From Candidatus Spechtbacteria bacterium RIFCSPHIGHO2_02_FULL_43_15b (lineage in GTDB: Bacteria > Patescibacteriota > Minisyncoccia > Spechtbacterales > HO2-43-30), in the NCBI GenBank assembly GCA_001819985.1, contig MHOE01000013.1, forward strand, positions 1,088 through 65,087: a stretch of 64,000 nt of DNA. The letters run 5' to 3'. Below are positions 38,005 through 47,859 of this stretch, piece by piece. Each line of letters begins with the position of its first letter. Within the stretch, counting starts at the first letter, position 1. Under the pieces are notes generated by a model. The model saw only the letters and a list, made by a program, of their open reading frames with translations. It ran no database searches and was not told the DNA's origin. The position numbers and the translations under genes were made by a program.

Positions 38005-39240
38005 TTAAGGCATAAACGCCTTGAACCATCTCCTTAATTGCCTTACTGAATTATTCAATGAAGGTATTTGCGGAATAAAACCCTCCTTTACTTCATATCT
38101 TAAATCTATGCCCCAAAAAACAAGACCGAGCACAGTCGCGTAAACCGGATCATCGACTCTTTCGACTATACCCTCCACCTCCCTAGGAAATCCTATTTGT
38201 ACGGGCAAACGCATTTTTTGCTTTGCAAAATCAACTATATGCGGAGTTTTTGCTCCTCCTCCCACTAGAACAACTCCACCGGGAAGAAACGCCTCTTTTC
38301 CGATTTTTTTCAGTTCTTTGTTCACGAGATCGAATATCTCTGAAAGTCGGGCTTCAATTATTTCGCAAAGTTCCTTTCTTGAAATGCTTCCGTTCTCCTG
38401 GTTGTCTATGTATGAAAGGTCTATGAAATCTTTTTTTGTGACTTCGGAGGCCAAAGCGGAACCGTACTCCAATTTTATGCTTTCAGCCGCCTCAACCGGA
38501 ATTCTTAAACCTATCGCTATATCGTTTGTTATATGAGCGCCGCCTAGCGGGACTATACTTGTGTGCAAAAGATCGCCCTCTTCATATACGGCTACGCCAG
38601 TAGTACCTCCTCCGATGTCCACGCACACAACGCCTAATTCCTTCTGCCGTTTTGTAAGAACTGCTTTTGAAGCGGCTAAAGTGTCTAAAACCGTGCTTTC
38701 TACTTCTATATCTAAATCATTTAAGCATCTCGACAGATTTCTTGTGTAAGGCGACGCGCCGTTTATTATAAGCGTATTTGCTTCCAATCTCACTCCTTTC
38801 ATTCCCAGGGGGTCTTTTATATTGCCTTCCCCGTCCACAATGAATTCCCGTGGAATCACATGGAGTATTTCCCTGTTGTTGGGCATTGAAAATGTTTGAG
38901 CCGCTCCTATAACGCGGTCAATATCTTCCGCGGAAATTTCCCCGTCCGCCCGCGACACGGCGACAACCCCGCGACTCTGACTCGAAAACGCGTGGCTTCC
39001 TCCTATGCTCACTATCGCTTTTTCTATTTTCACCCCAGCCATCCTCTCTGCCGCCTGAACCGATTCCGAAATACTTTGCATAGCTTCTTCTATATCCACG
39101 ATGACTCCTCGCCTTACCCCGCTTGCCCTAGAGAAACCAATACCAATAATCTGGGGCAAAATGTCCTCCTTTTTTTGAGCAACCACAGTATAAACACTAT
39201 GACTGCCGATATCTATGCCTACAATTATGTTGTTAGCCAC
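38005..39240 (-). CDS. ftsA: Cell division protein FtsA
   Basis: 411 aa actin-fold ATPase (IVGIDIGS..., DIGGGTT...). Position is upstream of ftsZ. Confidence 0.85.
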   Translation of the reverse strand: MANNIIVGIDIGSHSVYTVVAQKKEDILPQIIGIGFSRASGVRRGVIVDIEEAMQSISESVQAAERMAGVKIEKAIVSIGGSHAFSSQSRGVVAVSRADGEISAEDIDRVIGAAQTFSMPNNREILHVIPREFIVDGEGNIKDPLGMKGVRLEANTLIINGASPYTRNLSRCLNDLDIEVESTVLDTLAASKAVLTKRQKELGVVCVDIGGGTTGVAVYEEGDLLHTSIVPLGGAHITNDIAIGLRIPVEAAESIKLEYGSALASEVTKKDFIDLSYIDNQENGSISRKELCEIIEARLSEIFDLVNKELKKIGKEAFLPGGVVLVGGGAKTPHIVDFAKQKMRLPVQIGFPREVEGIVERVDDPVYATVLGLVFWGIDLRYEVKEGFIPQIPSLNNSVRQLRRWFKAFMP

Positions 39241-39261
39241 GCGAAAAAATGAAAATCGTTA

Positions 39262-39702
39262 TTAAACATTTAATTTTTCCATTATCTCCTCTTCGATTGA
39301 GTGCATAGCCAAGCGTTTCTTCTCGCTGTCTTCGTGATGATGCCCAAGTAAATGAAGCGTGCCGTGTATTATAGTATGAGCAAGTTCTTTCCGGAAAGAA
39401 ACGGAGGATTTCAAAGCGTTATCTTTAACGATTCCCGGACATACAAACACCTCTCCTATAAATCTAACATTTTTTTCGAAATGTGGAAAATTATTACTAA
39501 ACTCAAAAGATAAAACATCCGTGGCTTCGTCTATGCCTTTGCGCGAACGGTTTAATTCTCTCATCCTGATTTCGTTCACAAAAACTACGCTGAAACAAAC
39601 ATCGTCTTTTATCTTCTGACGAGCTAATACGAACTCTATCGCGCGACTAACAAACTTACTGTCTATTATGTATTTTGTCGAATTGAAAATTTCGATGCCC
39701 AC
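39262..39702 (-). CDS. ybeY: rRNA maturation endoribonuclease YbeY
   Basis: HGTLHLLGHHHED metal-binding motif (HGxLHLxGYDH) and UPF0054 length. Confidence 0.85.
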   Translation of the reverse strand: MGIEIFNSTKYIIDSKFVSRAIEFVLARQKIKDDVCFSVVFVNEIRMRELNRSRKGIDEATDVLSFEFSNNFPHFEKNVRFIGEVFVCPGIVKDNALKSSVSFRKELAHTIIHGTLHLLGHHHEDSEKKRLAMHSIEEEIMEKLNV

Positions 39703-39704
39703 GA

Positions 39705-39926
39705 TTATTTCACGCGTCCCATTTTTCTTAACTTGCCGTAATGTTCGCGCATTTTTTCACGGTTAAGAGCCGCAACTCTTCGCGCGTTTTTATTGAGAGG
39801 CTTTAAGAAATGCCTTTTCCCCTTTGCCTCTTTCAATATGCCGCTTGCCTGCACGCGCTGAACGAAACGGCGCACAACGCCAGACAAGGCCTCTTGTTCT
39901 TTTCTAATTATGTGAATCATAAGCAA
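39705..39926 (-). CDS. rpsU: 30S ribosomal protein S21
   Basis: 73 aa basic protein. ...ALSGVVRRFVQRVQASGILKEAKGKRHFLKPLNKNARR aligns to bS21 (ALRRFKRSCEKAGVL...FYEKP..ERKR). Confidence 0.7.
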   Translation of the reverse strand: MLMIHIIRKEQEALSGVVRRFVQRVQASGILKEAKGKRHFLKPLNKNARRVAALNREKMREHYGKLRKMGRVK

Positions 39927-39991
39927 TTTTGATAATCAAAATAAAAATTTCCTGGATAAACATTTTTATTTTTTAGTTTGATTCTTTTGTT

Positions 39992-40309
39992 TTAATTCTT
40001 GCCCCCAAGCAGATGTAAATGTATATGATCTATAATCTGACCGCCCTTGCTTCCAACATTGAACGCAAGTTTATAGCCGTCATCAATTTTATGCTCCTTT
40101 GCTATAATCTTTGCCGAAAAAACCATATCGCCCACAAGCTCGCGATCATCTTCCGTCATATCGTTTATCGTGCCTATATGCTTCTTCGGCACAACTAAAA
40201 TATGCGTAGGCGCTTTTGGGTTGATATCCCGAAACGCGACAACCCTTTCACTTTCAAAAACTATATCCGCGCCCTTCTCTTTTTTCACGATTTGGCAAAA
40301 AATACACAT
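39992..40309 (-). CDS. HIT-family (histidine triad) nucleotide hydrolase
   Basis: HIHLHLLGG histidine triad and CIFC N-terminal motif. 105 aa. Confidence 0.8.
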   Translation of the reverse strand: MCIFCQIVKKEKGADIVFESERVVAFRDINPKAPTHILVVPKKHIGTINDMTEDDRELVGDMVFSAKIIAKEHKIDDGYKLAFNVGSKGGQIIDHIHLHLLGGKN

Positions 40310-40381
40310 ACGCTGGGAGTTAAATTTTTGACTTTTGATTTTTCCGCCGCGTTGACTGCGGTCTCGACCTTATTCTGGATA

Positions 40382-41737
40382 TTATACTTTCCTAAGACGC
40401 TTCTTTATCTCTTTTATAACCTTGCCCATCGGAACTACCTCCTGGCTTCCGCTCTTCATATCTCGAATTATTATGGTGTCTTCCGCAACTTCCTGATGCC
40501 CGAGAATCAAAGCGTATTCCACTCCGATCTTATCCGCCAACTCCATCTGCGCTTTTATCGATGACTTGCCGAACGACTCTCTCACCAATATTCCCGAGGA
40601 TCGAAACTCCTCCATAACTTTAAGCCCTCTCTTTTTCGCAAGATCGCCAAGATGGACAAAGAAAACATGAGGCACCCGCTCTTTCGTAAGTTTCAGCCCA
40701 AGCTTTTTTATCACAGCTACTGTGCGATCAACTCCTATCGCCCCGCCTATCGCGGGAGCTTCTTCTCCTCCGAAAAGCTTTACCAACTCGTCGAATCTTC
40801 CGCCTCCGGCTATTGCCGTCGCTCTTTCTTCCAAACCGTCGGAACGCAACGCGCCGCCATCTTTATTTCGCTCTTCGTTCTGGGACTTTTTTGCCCCGCC
40901 CGGTTCGGATAAAACCGAAAATATTTCAAATACGGTTTTTGTATAGTAATCCAAACCACGGACTAAATGCGAAGACAACGCATAGGGTACCTCCAAAAAA
41001 TCCAAAATCTCAAGCACATCTTTCAAATGGCTATGACATTCCTGACAAAGATAATCCACAATTTCCGGAGCTCCGGCTTTTAATCTTTCGCATTTCTCGT
41101 CTTTGCAATCAAGAACTCGTAAAAGGTTGGTCTTTATCCTTTGTCTGCAATCTTTGCATACGGAGCGTTCCCTTCCGTTATAGTATTCCCTAAGCACTCG
41201 CCTATATGTGGGCTTACATTTCAAGCATCCTATGCTGTTTATCTCTATTCTTAAATCTTTTATTCCCAATGACTGAAAAATTTTATAGAAAACGAATATG
41301 ACCTGCGCGTCCAGCGCAGGTTCAAGCTCTCCTATCGCATCTATTTCAAACTGCCGGAATTCTCTTAATCTTCCGCTCTGCGGCCTTTCGTGTCTAAATA
41401 CAGATCCGTAAGTTGAAAGTTTAACGGGTTGAGACCATGATGCCATTCCGTGCTGTATAAAAGAACGCACAATAGAAGGCGTGAATTCGGGACGCAGTGT
41501 AAGCGGATCGCCTCCCAAACTTTTGAATGAATACATCTGTTTTTCCACTATATCGGAGGTGACACCCGTTCCTTTCTCGAAAAGTTCTGAATACTCGATA
41601 ACTGGCGTGTCGATTCTCTCGTAATCATAATAGGAAGCGAGCTTAAAACATGCGTTTTCAACCATTTCAAAAATTTTCCTGTCTTTCGGCAGGGTATCGG
41701 GCATACCTGTTACATTTTGATATTTAGCTTTTGACAT
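40382..41737 (-). CDS. hisS: Histidyl-tRNA synthetase with a Cys-rich insertion
   Basis: Class II aaRS motifs and GGGRFDELVKLFGG. A ~70-aa insertion carries multiple CxxC pairs. Confidence 0.9.
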   Translation of the reverse strand: MSKAKYQNVTGMPDTLPKDRKIFEMVENACFKLASYYDYERIDTPVIEYSELFEKGTGVTSDIVEKQMYSFKSLGGDPLTLRPEFTPSIVRSFIQHGMASWSQPVKLSTYGSVFRHERPQSGRLREFRQFEIDAIGELEPALDAQVIFVFYKIFQSLGIKDLRIEINSIGCLKCKPTYRRVLREYYNGRERSVCKDCRQRIKTNLLRVLDCKDEKCERLKAGAPEIVDYLCQECHSHLKDVLEILDFLEVPYALSSHLVRGLDYYTKTVFEIFSVLSEPGGAKKSQNEERNKDGGALRSDGLEERATAIAGGGRFDELVKLFGGEEAPAIGGAIGVDRTVAVIKKLGLKLTKERVPHVFFVHLGDLAKKRGLKVMEEFRSSGILVRESFGKSSIKAQMELADKIGVEYALILGHQEVAEDTIIIRDMKSGSQEVVPMGKVIKEIKKRLRKV

Positions 41738-41783
41738 ACGATAATTTTTCGCGCGTTCGTATTAAATACCCAAATCCATTAAA

Positions 41784-42353
41784 TCAATATTCCGGCTCTT
41801 TTATTATTTCGAAACTGTCGAACGGCCACGCTCTTATCCATGCCTTTCCTATAATAGCGCCGCGTTTCACCGACCCCCAGCTTCTGGAATCCGAACTTGA
41901 ATTCCTATTATCCCCTAAAACAAAATACTCGTCTATCCCAAGTATAGCCTCCATGTCTCCTTGGGTTACTTCATGAAGATACTCCTCCTCCAAAAGTTTT
42001 AGAGAATTGTGATCCTGCCCCACCCACACACTACCGCCTTTTATGCTTATCACTTCTCCGGGCATACCTATTATCCTTTTTATGTAAAACTGTGAAGTGT
42101 TTTGCGGCGGCCTGAAAACCACGACATCTCCTCTCTGCGGCTGGCCGAAATGGTATCCTATTTCGTTTATAATTAAATAATCTCCCCCCTTGAAATTGGG
42201 CTCCATGCTGGCGCCTCTCACAAAAAATGGCTGCATTACAAAATATCTTATAGGCACAATTATAGCTAAAGAGATTAAAACAATCTTAAAAATCTCCCAC
42301 AAAAAAGAAGTTGAACTTTTTATTAAACTCATGCAAAGATGATACCACAACAT
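41784..42353 (-). CDS. lepB: Signal peptidase I
   Basis: N-terminal TM, GASMEPNF (catalytic Ser box), and GDNRNSSSDSR box. Confidence 0.8.
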   Translation of the reverse strand: MLWYHLCMSLIKSSTSFLWEIFKIVLISLAIIVPIRYFVMQPFFVRGASMEPNFKGGDYLIINEIGYHFGQPQRGDVVVFRPPQNTSQFYIKRIIGMPGEVISIKGGSVWVGQDHNSLKLLEEEYLHEVTQGDMEAILGIDEYFVLGDNRNSSSDSRSWGSVKRGAIIGKAWIRAWPFDSFEIIKEPEY

Positions 42354-42499
42354 TTAATGATTTGCAATCGCGTATTGTCCGAATCAATATGTTGTTACTC
42401 GTACTATTGCGTAAAATCGTATATGTTGTTTATAATTACTACATTGACACACTAATCAACGAATTTATCATATTTATTAAAAACTGTTTAGCTAAAATT

Positions 42500-43393
42500 A
42501 TGCCAGATCCCAATGCTGAAAATTTTAGACCGGAAAAGTCCGATGCGGAATCAAACACCGAACTTCCAGAAACGCAATCGCCCCTCGAAAAATATGAGGC
42601 GCTTATCAAGCGACTTATTTTGAAATTCGGCGGAGAAGGCGCGTTGGATTTAGTCCGAAAAGCCAAAGCTGAAGTCCAAAAAATACAAGATAAACTGCGA
42701 AAATCAAAAACTGATGGAGAAAAAATGACTCCCGAAGAAATCACGCAAGAATCCGACATTACTGAAGGAGAACTAGATATTCCAGAAACAGATAGAGTGC
42801 CCGACACGCTATTTTCGCATGGCACTTCGGGCGAATCAAGCATAACAAACGAACAATTCTTGAATATTTTAGAAATGATAAACCGTGCCAAAGCCCGACA
42901 AAAACCGCCATTGCCCGAAGGACTCACCCAATCTCATGAAAATGCTTCTGCTACGGAAAAACCCGAAAAAAAACAGGAAGATCCTGAACGATTTTTATCA
43001 GAAGGCGCGGCTCAATTATCTCCAGAAACATCAGAAAGGAACAGCCTCGAAGCGATAAAAGGCAATTTAGCTAGAGGCGCTAAAACCCTCGCGATATTAG
43101 GGTTAAAACCTTTCGATGCCTTAGGTGCTATAATTGACACAAAACTATTCGAACGACAGCAGACGCGTTTATACCAAAAAATATCAGAAACAGAGAACTT
43201 GCTTCACCGCCTTGAAACTCTTTCCCCCGCTAAAATAGAAGCCGAACATATAAGAGCTCTCCGGGAGAAACTGGGCGAAAGATTGAACGAGCTCAACCAG
43301 AAAAGGGACGCTCAAATTAGACATTTCTCTGGTCTCACAACCGCGAGGCGCATTATCCAATCACTCAAAACCGAAGAACCGAAGATTAAATAA
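42500..43393 (+). CDS. Hypothetical acidic, largely disordered/coiled-coil protein
   Basis: Start moved to the ATG at 42500, because the ORF-track start overlaps lepB on the opposite strand. No recognisable domain. Confidence 0.45.
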   Translation: MPDPNAENFRPEKSDAESNTELPETQSPLEKYEALIKRLILKFGGEGALDLVRKAKAEVQKIQDKLRKSKTDGEKMTPEEITQESDITEGELDIPETDRVPDTLFSHGTSGESSITNEQFLNILEMINRAKARQKPPLPEGLTQSHENASATEKPEKKQEDPERFLSEGAAQLSPETSERNSLEAIKGNLARGAKTLAILGLKPFDALGAIIDTKLFERQQTRLYQKISETENLLHRLETLSPAKIEAEHIRALREKLGERLNELNQKRDAQIRHFSGLTTARRIIQSLKTEEPKIK

Positions 43394-43395
43394 AC

Positions 43396-43629
43396 ATGAC
43401 AACCGCAGAACAACTTAAAAAAATAATAGACGAACTTGAACTTTCAAACGCTGGAAGAAAAAAAGCCAACGAAATTTTTGCGATGATGGAAAAAAGGGGG
43501 ATGCTCCGCGAACAGGAAAAACAAATGCTTTTGGATCTAATAGATGCCGAAATGTTTTTGGGAGCCCTTCAAATAAAAGCCATAGACGCCAATATAGAAG
43601 AGATAACAAAAGTCCTGTCTCGCGCCTAA
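43396..43629 (+). CDS. Hypothetical small helical protein (77 aa)
   Basis: Begins 3 nt after the previous stop. No family recognised. Confidence 0.4.
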   Translation: MTTAEQLKKIIDELELSNAGRKKANEIFAMMEKRGMLREQEKQMLLDLIDAEMFLGALQIKAIDANIEEITKVLSRA

Positions 43630-43644
43630 CAGGCATTTCTATAT

Positions 43645-44670
43645 TCAAGCGGACGCTTTTTTTGTCCTCATCTCGACCGCGCCAACTATACTAAGATATG
43701 CCAGGTCTTTTTTAAGCACTCCGAGTTCCATACCCCGCTTCTTTTTCTCTTCCAAAATATCCTCAAATATCCGCTTTAATTTTTCCGCGGATCTAAAAAG
43801 TGTCTCATTTTTTTCGTCCCCCCTTAATTCTTCGGCAATTCTGATTACTTGAGCCAATATTTCGTTAATGTACACAAGCTGAATCGGGTCATTCTGCGCT
43901 TCAATAAAAAGCTCATCGTATTTTTTTTGCAAAGTATCCTTTAATCCCTTATCCACTGCCACATCGATTGATTTCTCCAACCTTATCATTTGAGCTTGCC
44001 TATCAAAAAACGCGTCAGCGTTAGCGCCGTCAATCCCTATCGCAACCGGAATTACGCCTTGAATTTCACCCTTAAAATTACTACCTTGAATCTGGCTAGC
44101 GAAAAATTCAACTTTTGCTCCGCCATTTTTTATTTTCAAAAAATTTCGAAAAATTTTTCTGTGTACCGTACTCGCTTTCAGCGATACATCTATGGAAAGA
44201 GCGATTTTATCGCCGTCTTCCGAGTCGAATTCAACGACAACATCCACGCCGTTTTTCAAATCGTCGTATTCTGTAGTTCGAATTGCGTACGCATTTTCTC
44301 CAAACCAATTGCCCATTTCTATATTTTCTCGGACAAGCGTTTCCAGCGCTTTATTTCTTAATTCCCCGCGAATCATCGCTTTGCGGACTTTTTCACGCTC
44401 TTTCTCGCGTAAATCTGGATCTTGGATATCTTTTACCGCATTATCAACATCCTTCTTGAATTGCTCGACAAAACCCGCTTTAATATTTAATTGATCTCTA
44501 ATTGCCGCGTCTATTCTTTCATCTCCATAAACATCTCTGAAATTTTCTACACTCAATCTACGCCCGAGTTCGTGCGCTATTATCAAATCTACATTTCCCT
44601 CCGAGCTTATCGGATAGTCCTCGGTTTTTATAGGTCCTTTCTCTATTTTATCTGCCATAGTAAATTTCAC
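43645..44670 (-). CDS. Hypothetical protein (341 aa), last gene of the ATPase operon
   Basis: Clean ORF downstream of the T4CP-like ATPase on the same strand. No recognisable motif. Confidence 0.5.
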   Translation of the reverse strand: MKFTMADKIEKGPIKTEDYPISSEGNVDLIIAHELGRRLSVENFRDVYGDERIDAAIRDQLNIKAGFVEQFKKDVDNAVKDIQDPDLREKEREKVRKAMIRGELRNKALETLVRENIEMGNWFGENAYAIRTTEYDDLKNGVDVVVEFDSEDGDKIALSIDVSLKASTVHRKIFRNFLKIKNGGAKVEFFASQIQGSNFKGEIQGVIPVAIGIDGANADAFFDRQAQMIRLEKSIDVAVDKGLKDTLQKKYDELFIEAQNDPIQLVYINEILAQVIRIAEELRGDEKNETLFRSAEKLKRIFEDILEEKKKRGMELGVLKKDLAYLSIVGAVEMRTKKASA

Positions 44671-44775
44671 AATTGTAGTTATTTAATAATCTTCGTTACA
44701 AAACTTGCGCCTTACCCCTTCTGTCGCCTTACTTATTTTTATACGACCCTCCGCGAAGCGCTCATTGAAAAACGG

Positions 44776-47310
44776 CTAAACACCCTCTAATAATGTCCCG
44801 AACCTGTCCATAATCTCCTGCTCTACCATATTCCTCGGCCTTCCGTACTTTAACTTTGAAATCTTTTTTATCGGCTCGATGATACTCGGGTCTCCCTGTT
44901 TTGGTTTTAGGGTCTCGACTCTGAACGGCGGATAAACTTTATTGTTCATCATAAGCTTCAAAACGAGCCGGAAATTATCGAGGTTGACAAGATCAAATCG
45001 AGAAAATTCCGGCTGGAATTGTTTCTCCAAAAACTCCGCGTCGCTCGCGCCTATGCGGAAAGCTCCGATTGTGCCCACATTACCAAGCACCGCGTTTTTT
45101 ATATCTTCCTCTAATTGGGGTATGTATTGGTGAGCTAAAATAAGATTTAACCGATATTTTCTTGCTTCCGAAAGAATAGTAGCTATGCTATCCGTGGAAA
45201 AATTCTGGAATTCGTCCAGATACAGATAAAAATCCCGCCTTTGCTCTTCCGGAATCTTACCTCTCCTCATAGCGGCCATCTGAATTTTAGAAACAAGAAT
45301 AAGCCCGAGCAATGAACTGTTAACTTCGCCAGTCGCGCCCTTAGAAAGATTCGCGAGAAAGATTTTTCCTTCATCCATCAGCTGGGCAAGATTGAATGAC
45401 GACTTCTGCTGGCCTATGATATTGCGCATCATCTCATTTTCTATAAACCTTCCGATTTTTGAGACAACATAACCCAGCATATCGGATCTCGTGTTGCCGG
45501 TTGTCTGCTTCCATTCTTTAATCCAGAAATTTCTAACCACGGGATCTTCCACCCTTCTTAATCTTTCTTCCATAAACTCGGAGTCGGTAAACATACGGGG
45601 AATTTCAAGGAGAGTCCCGGGATTTGCCTTGTCCGCCATTAACGCTAGCATCGCGTTCCTCATATAATGCTCGAACATAGGCCCTATCATTTCAGGCGGA
45701 AAAAGTTTTTGGAAAATCGCAACCATCTCCTGAACCGCGAAGTCCTTCTGCTCTGGAGTTTCATATTCAAGCATATTTAGCCCCATCGGCCGATCGCCAT
45801 CAAACGGCTCGAAGAGCACCACATCTTCTACTCTTTCCTTCGGAATATTGGAAAGTATATGCTCCACTAAATCTCCATGGGGATCAACGACCCCTACTCC
45901 CTCGCCATTTTGGATGTCTTGCCTTATCAATTCTTCCAATAAACTGGATTTTCCCGTACCGGTCTGACCTATTACATAAAAATGTCTTCGCCGATCATTC
46001 CTTGAAAGAAATGCGACTTCCCTGTCATCGCCCCTGAAATTAACCCTGCCAATCACGGGGAACTTGCCTTCTTGCTTGCCTTCGGATATTTCCTGCGGAG
46101 GAGGCGCTGATTCCGTTGCTTTTGCCATCCTGATATACGGCGTCTCGATAAATCTTGTCGGGAAATGATAAACGCTTGTCAATTCCTCTATATTAAGAAT
46201 GTTGCTTTCAGCTGGAGTGAAATTCCTAAAGCTAAAGTTATAAAGAAACTTTTTGAGCTGGCCTTTTTTCTTGACTGTCTTAGCTTCAAAACCATTTAAG
46301 GAATAAAGCGAGAACTGACTGAAACTGTTTAAAAGATGCTCCAGTATTTCTTCGGATCTCTCCTTGGTCTTTGAAGACGCTACCAACCGTATATTCGCCA
46401 TAAATACCTGCTTCTCAAACTTGTCCTGAATTTTCTGAACAGTTCTGTCGTCAACCACCTGAATCGGCATTGTAGGTGTCATACTGTCCCTATAATCCTT
46501 TTGCTCATCGTTGGGACTCGCCATTCCTATATAACTCATAATATTAACGCTGGATTGTTTCTTGAAATTTTGGCGATTGTCTTTTGGTTTCTTTGAAGAA
46601 ATCCCGCCGATGCCGGATTTCAACGATTCGGCCGCCGCAACCTCGGCTGTGCTTCCACCTTTTATCTTCGCGATAACATTGTATCCTATGTTTTTCCATT
46701 TCTTCTGCGGATACGGGCTTATAACAACCTGTATCGCGGCTCCTTCATCCGCCGCTATTTTGCTTAACGCGTTTGTAATTGTCGCAAGCGGGTCTTTGTC
46801 CAGATTTTCATAAGTATTTATAGGAAATACGGGATAATTTTCAAGCTTGAAATATGCTCCAACACTCACTCCGCCCCTCTCAAAAATAGTGTAATCCTGC
46901 GGCATTTCTTCCACTATTGCCCGCGGATACACGCCGTGGACAAATTTTTCAAATCCGCTTCTCATATATCTTGGGACCGCAACATAAAACTCAATATCGC
47001 TTCCTCCGGTTTGAGAAGCTATCTCGAACGCTACCCGCGGAGTTTCGCTTGTAAATTTCTTGAAAAAACTCGGCTCTCTAAGATGAAGGAAGCCCGTAAA
47101 AATTTGCTGCATATCGCCTATAAGCTCTTTCTCCTGCCTCTTCATAATATCTTCGTCGCCGAAATCGTACTTAGGCATCAATACTAGAAACAGAGCCATA
47201 TCAAAGCTTGAGATAATTTTTCCTTTTTCGCTTACCCTCCTCAAAAAAAACAAAAATGCGCCCGCGAAAAACAGGATTATTGCAAAAAATATTGTAAACC
47301 AGTTTATCAA
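44776..47310 (-). CDS. Membrane-anchored P-loop ATPase of the VirD4/TraG/TraD (type IV coupling protein)-like / DUF87 HerA-FtsK superfamily
   Basis: N-terminal TM. Walker A HFYVIGQTGTGKSS, Walker B YLYLDEFQNF, and the downstream LILAHQ motif. 844 aa. Confidence 0.6.
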   Translation of the reverse strand: MINWFTIFFAIILFFAGAFLFFLRRVSEKGKIISSFDMALFLVLMPKYDFGDEDIMKRQEKELIGDMQQIFTGFLHLREPSFFKKFTSETPRVAFEIASQTGGSDIEFYVAVPRYMRSGFEKFVHGVYPRAIVEEMPQDYTIFERGGVSVGAYFKLENYPVFPINTYENLDKDPLATITNALSKIAADEGAAIQVVISPYPQKKWKNIGYNVIAKIKGGSTAEVAAAESLKSGIGGISSKKPKDNRQNFKKQSSVNIMSYIGMASPNDEQKDYRDSMTPTMPIQVVDDRTVQKIQDKFEKQVFMANIRLVASSKTKERSEEILEHLLNSFSQFSLYSLNGFEAKTVKKKGQLKKFLYNFSFRNFTPAESNILNIEELTSVYHFPTRFIETPYIRMAKATESAPPPQEISEGKQEGKFPVIGRVNFRGDDREVAFLSRNDRRRHFYVIGQTGTGKSSLLEELIRQDIQNGEGVGVVDPHGDLVEHILSNIPKERVEDVVLFEPFDGDRPMGLNMLEYETPEQKDFAVQEMVAIFQKLFPPEMIGPMFEHYMRNAMLALMADKANPGTLLEIPRMFTDSEFMEERLRRVEDPVVRNFWIKEWKQTTGNTRSDMLGYVVSKIGRFIENEMMRNIIGQQKSSFNLAQLMDEGKIFLANLSKGATGEVNSSLLGLILVSKIQMAAMRRGKIPEEQRRDFYLYLDEFQNFSTDSIATILSEARKYRLNLILAHQYIPQLEEDIKNAVLGNVGTIGAFRIGASDAEFLEKQFQPEFSRFDLVNLDNFRLVLKLMMNNKVYPPFRVETLKPKQGDPSIIEPIKKISKLKYGRPRNMVEQEIMDRFGTLLEGV

Positions 47311-47336
47311 GACATTAGAAAAAATAGTAAACAGGA

Positions 47337-47750
47337 TTATCTTTCAAATTTCTTGTAATTTTCGTCCTTAGCCAAAATGTCGTGCAATTTGTCCTCCACA
47401 TACGGATCCCCAAGAGCGCGCGCCAATTTTACCGCGAAAACAACTCCTTTTTCTTTTGTTATATCGAAAATTCTCTTAACTCTGCCGTCGGAATCTAGTT
47501 TTTCTATTTTTAACTTTTCTTTTCTTACTTCCTCCTCTTCTTCCGGGCTTAACTGCTTATCATCGGACTTTTGGGACAATCTCTCCCGTTCCATTTGTAT
47601 TTCCGAAGAGCCCGTCATTTCTTGCCGCTCCTTAAATTCGCCCCCCTTTTCCGCGTTATCTCGCGTTTCGGGCTTATATCCTTCCTGCCCATATCCCTCG
47701 TTTCCGGCCAGCTCTTTATTCTCTTTTCCTTTTGATATATCCTCTGCCAT
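47337..47750 (-). CDS. Hypothetical acidic protein (137 aa), first gene of the ATPase operon
   Basis: Glu/Lys-rich. Its stop is 27 nt upstream of the ATPase start on the same strand. Confidence 0.45.
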   Translation of the reverse strand: MAEDISKGKENKELAGNEGYGQEGYKPETRDNAEKGGEFKERQEMTGSSEIQMERERLSQKSDDKQLSPEEEEEVRKEKLKIEKLDSDGRVKRIFDITKEKGVVFAVKLARALGDPYVEDKLHDILAKDENYKKFER

Positions 47751-47859
47751 ACGCTCGCATTATACCCTCCTTATCATTCGCTGGTCAATTCTCATAGTTT
47801 TAATTGAGGGCTGGATCTCCTTTTCCATTCCTCGGTCAATTGCTATCATATAGTCAGTT

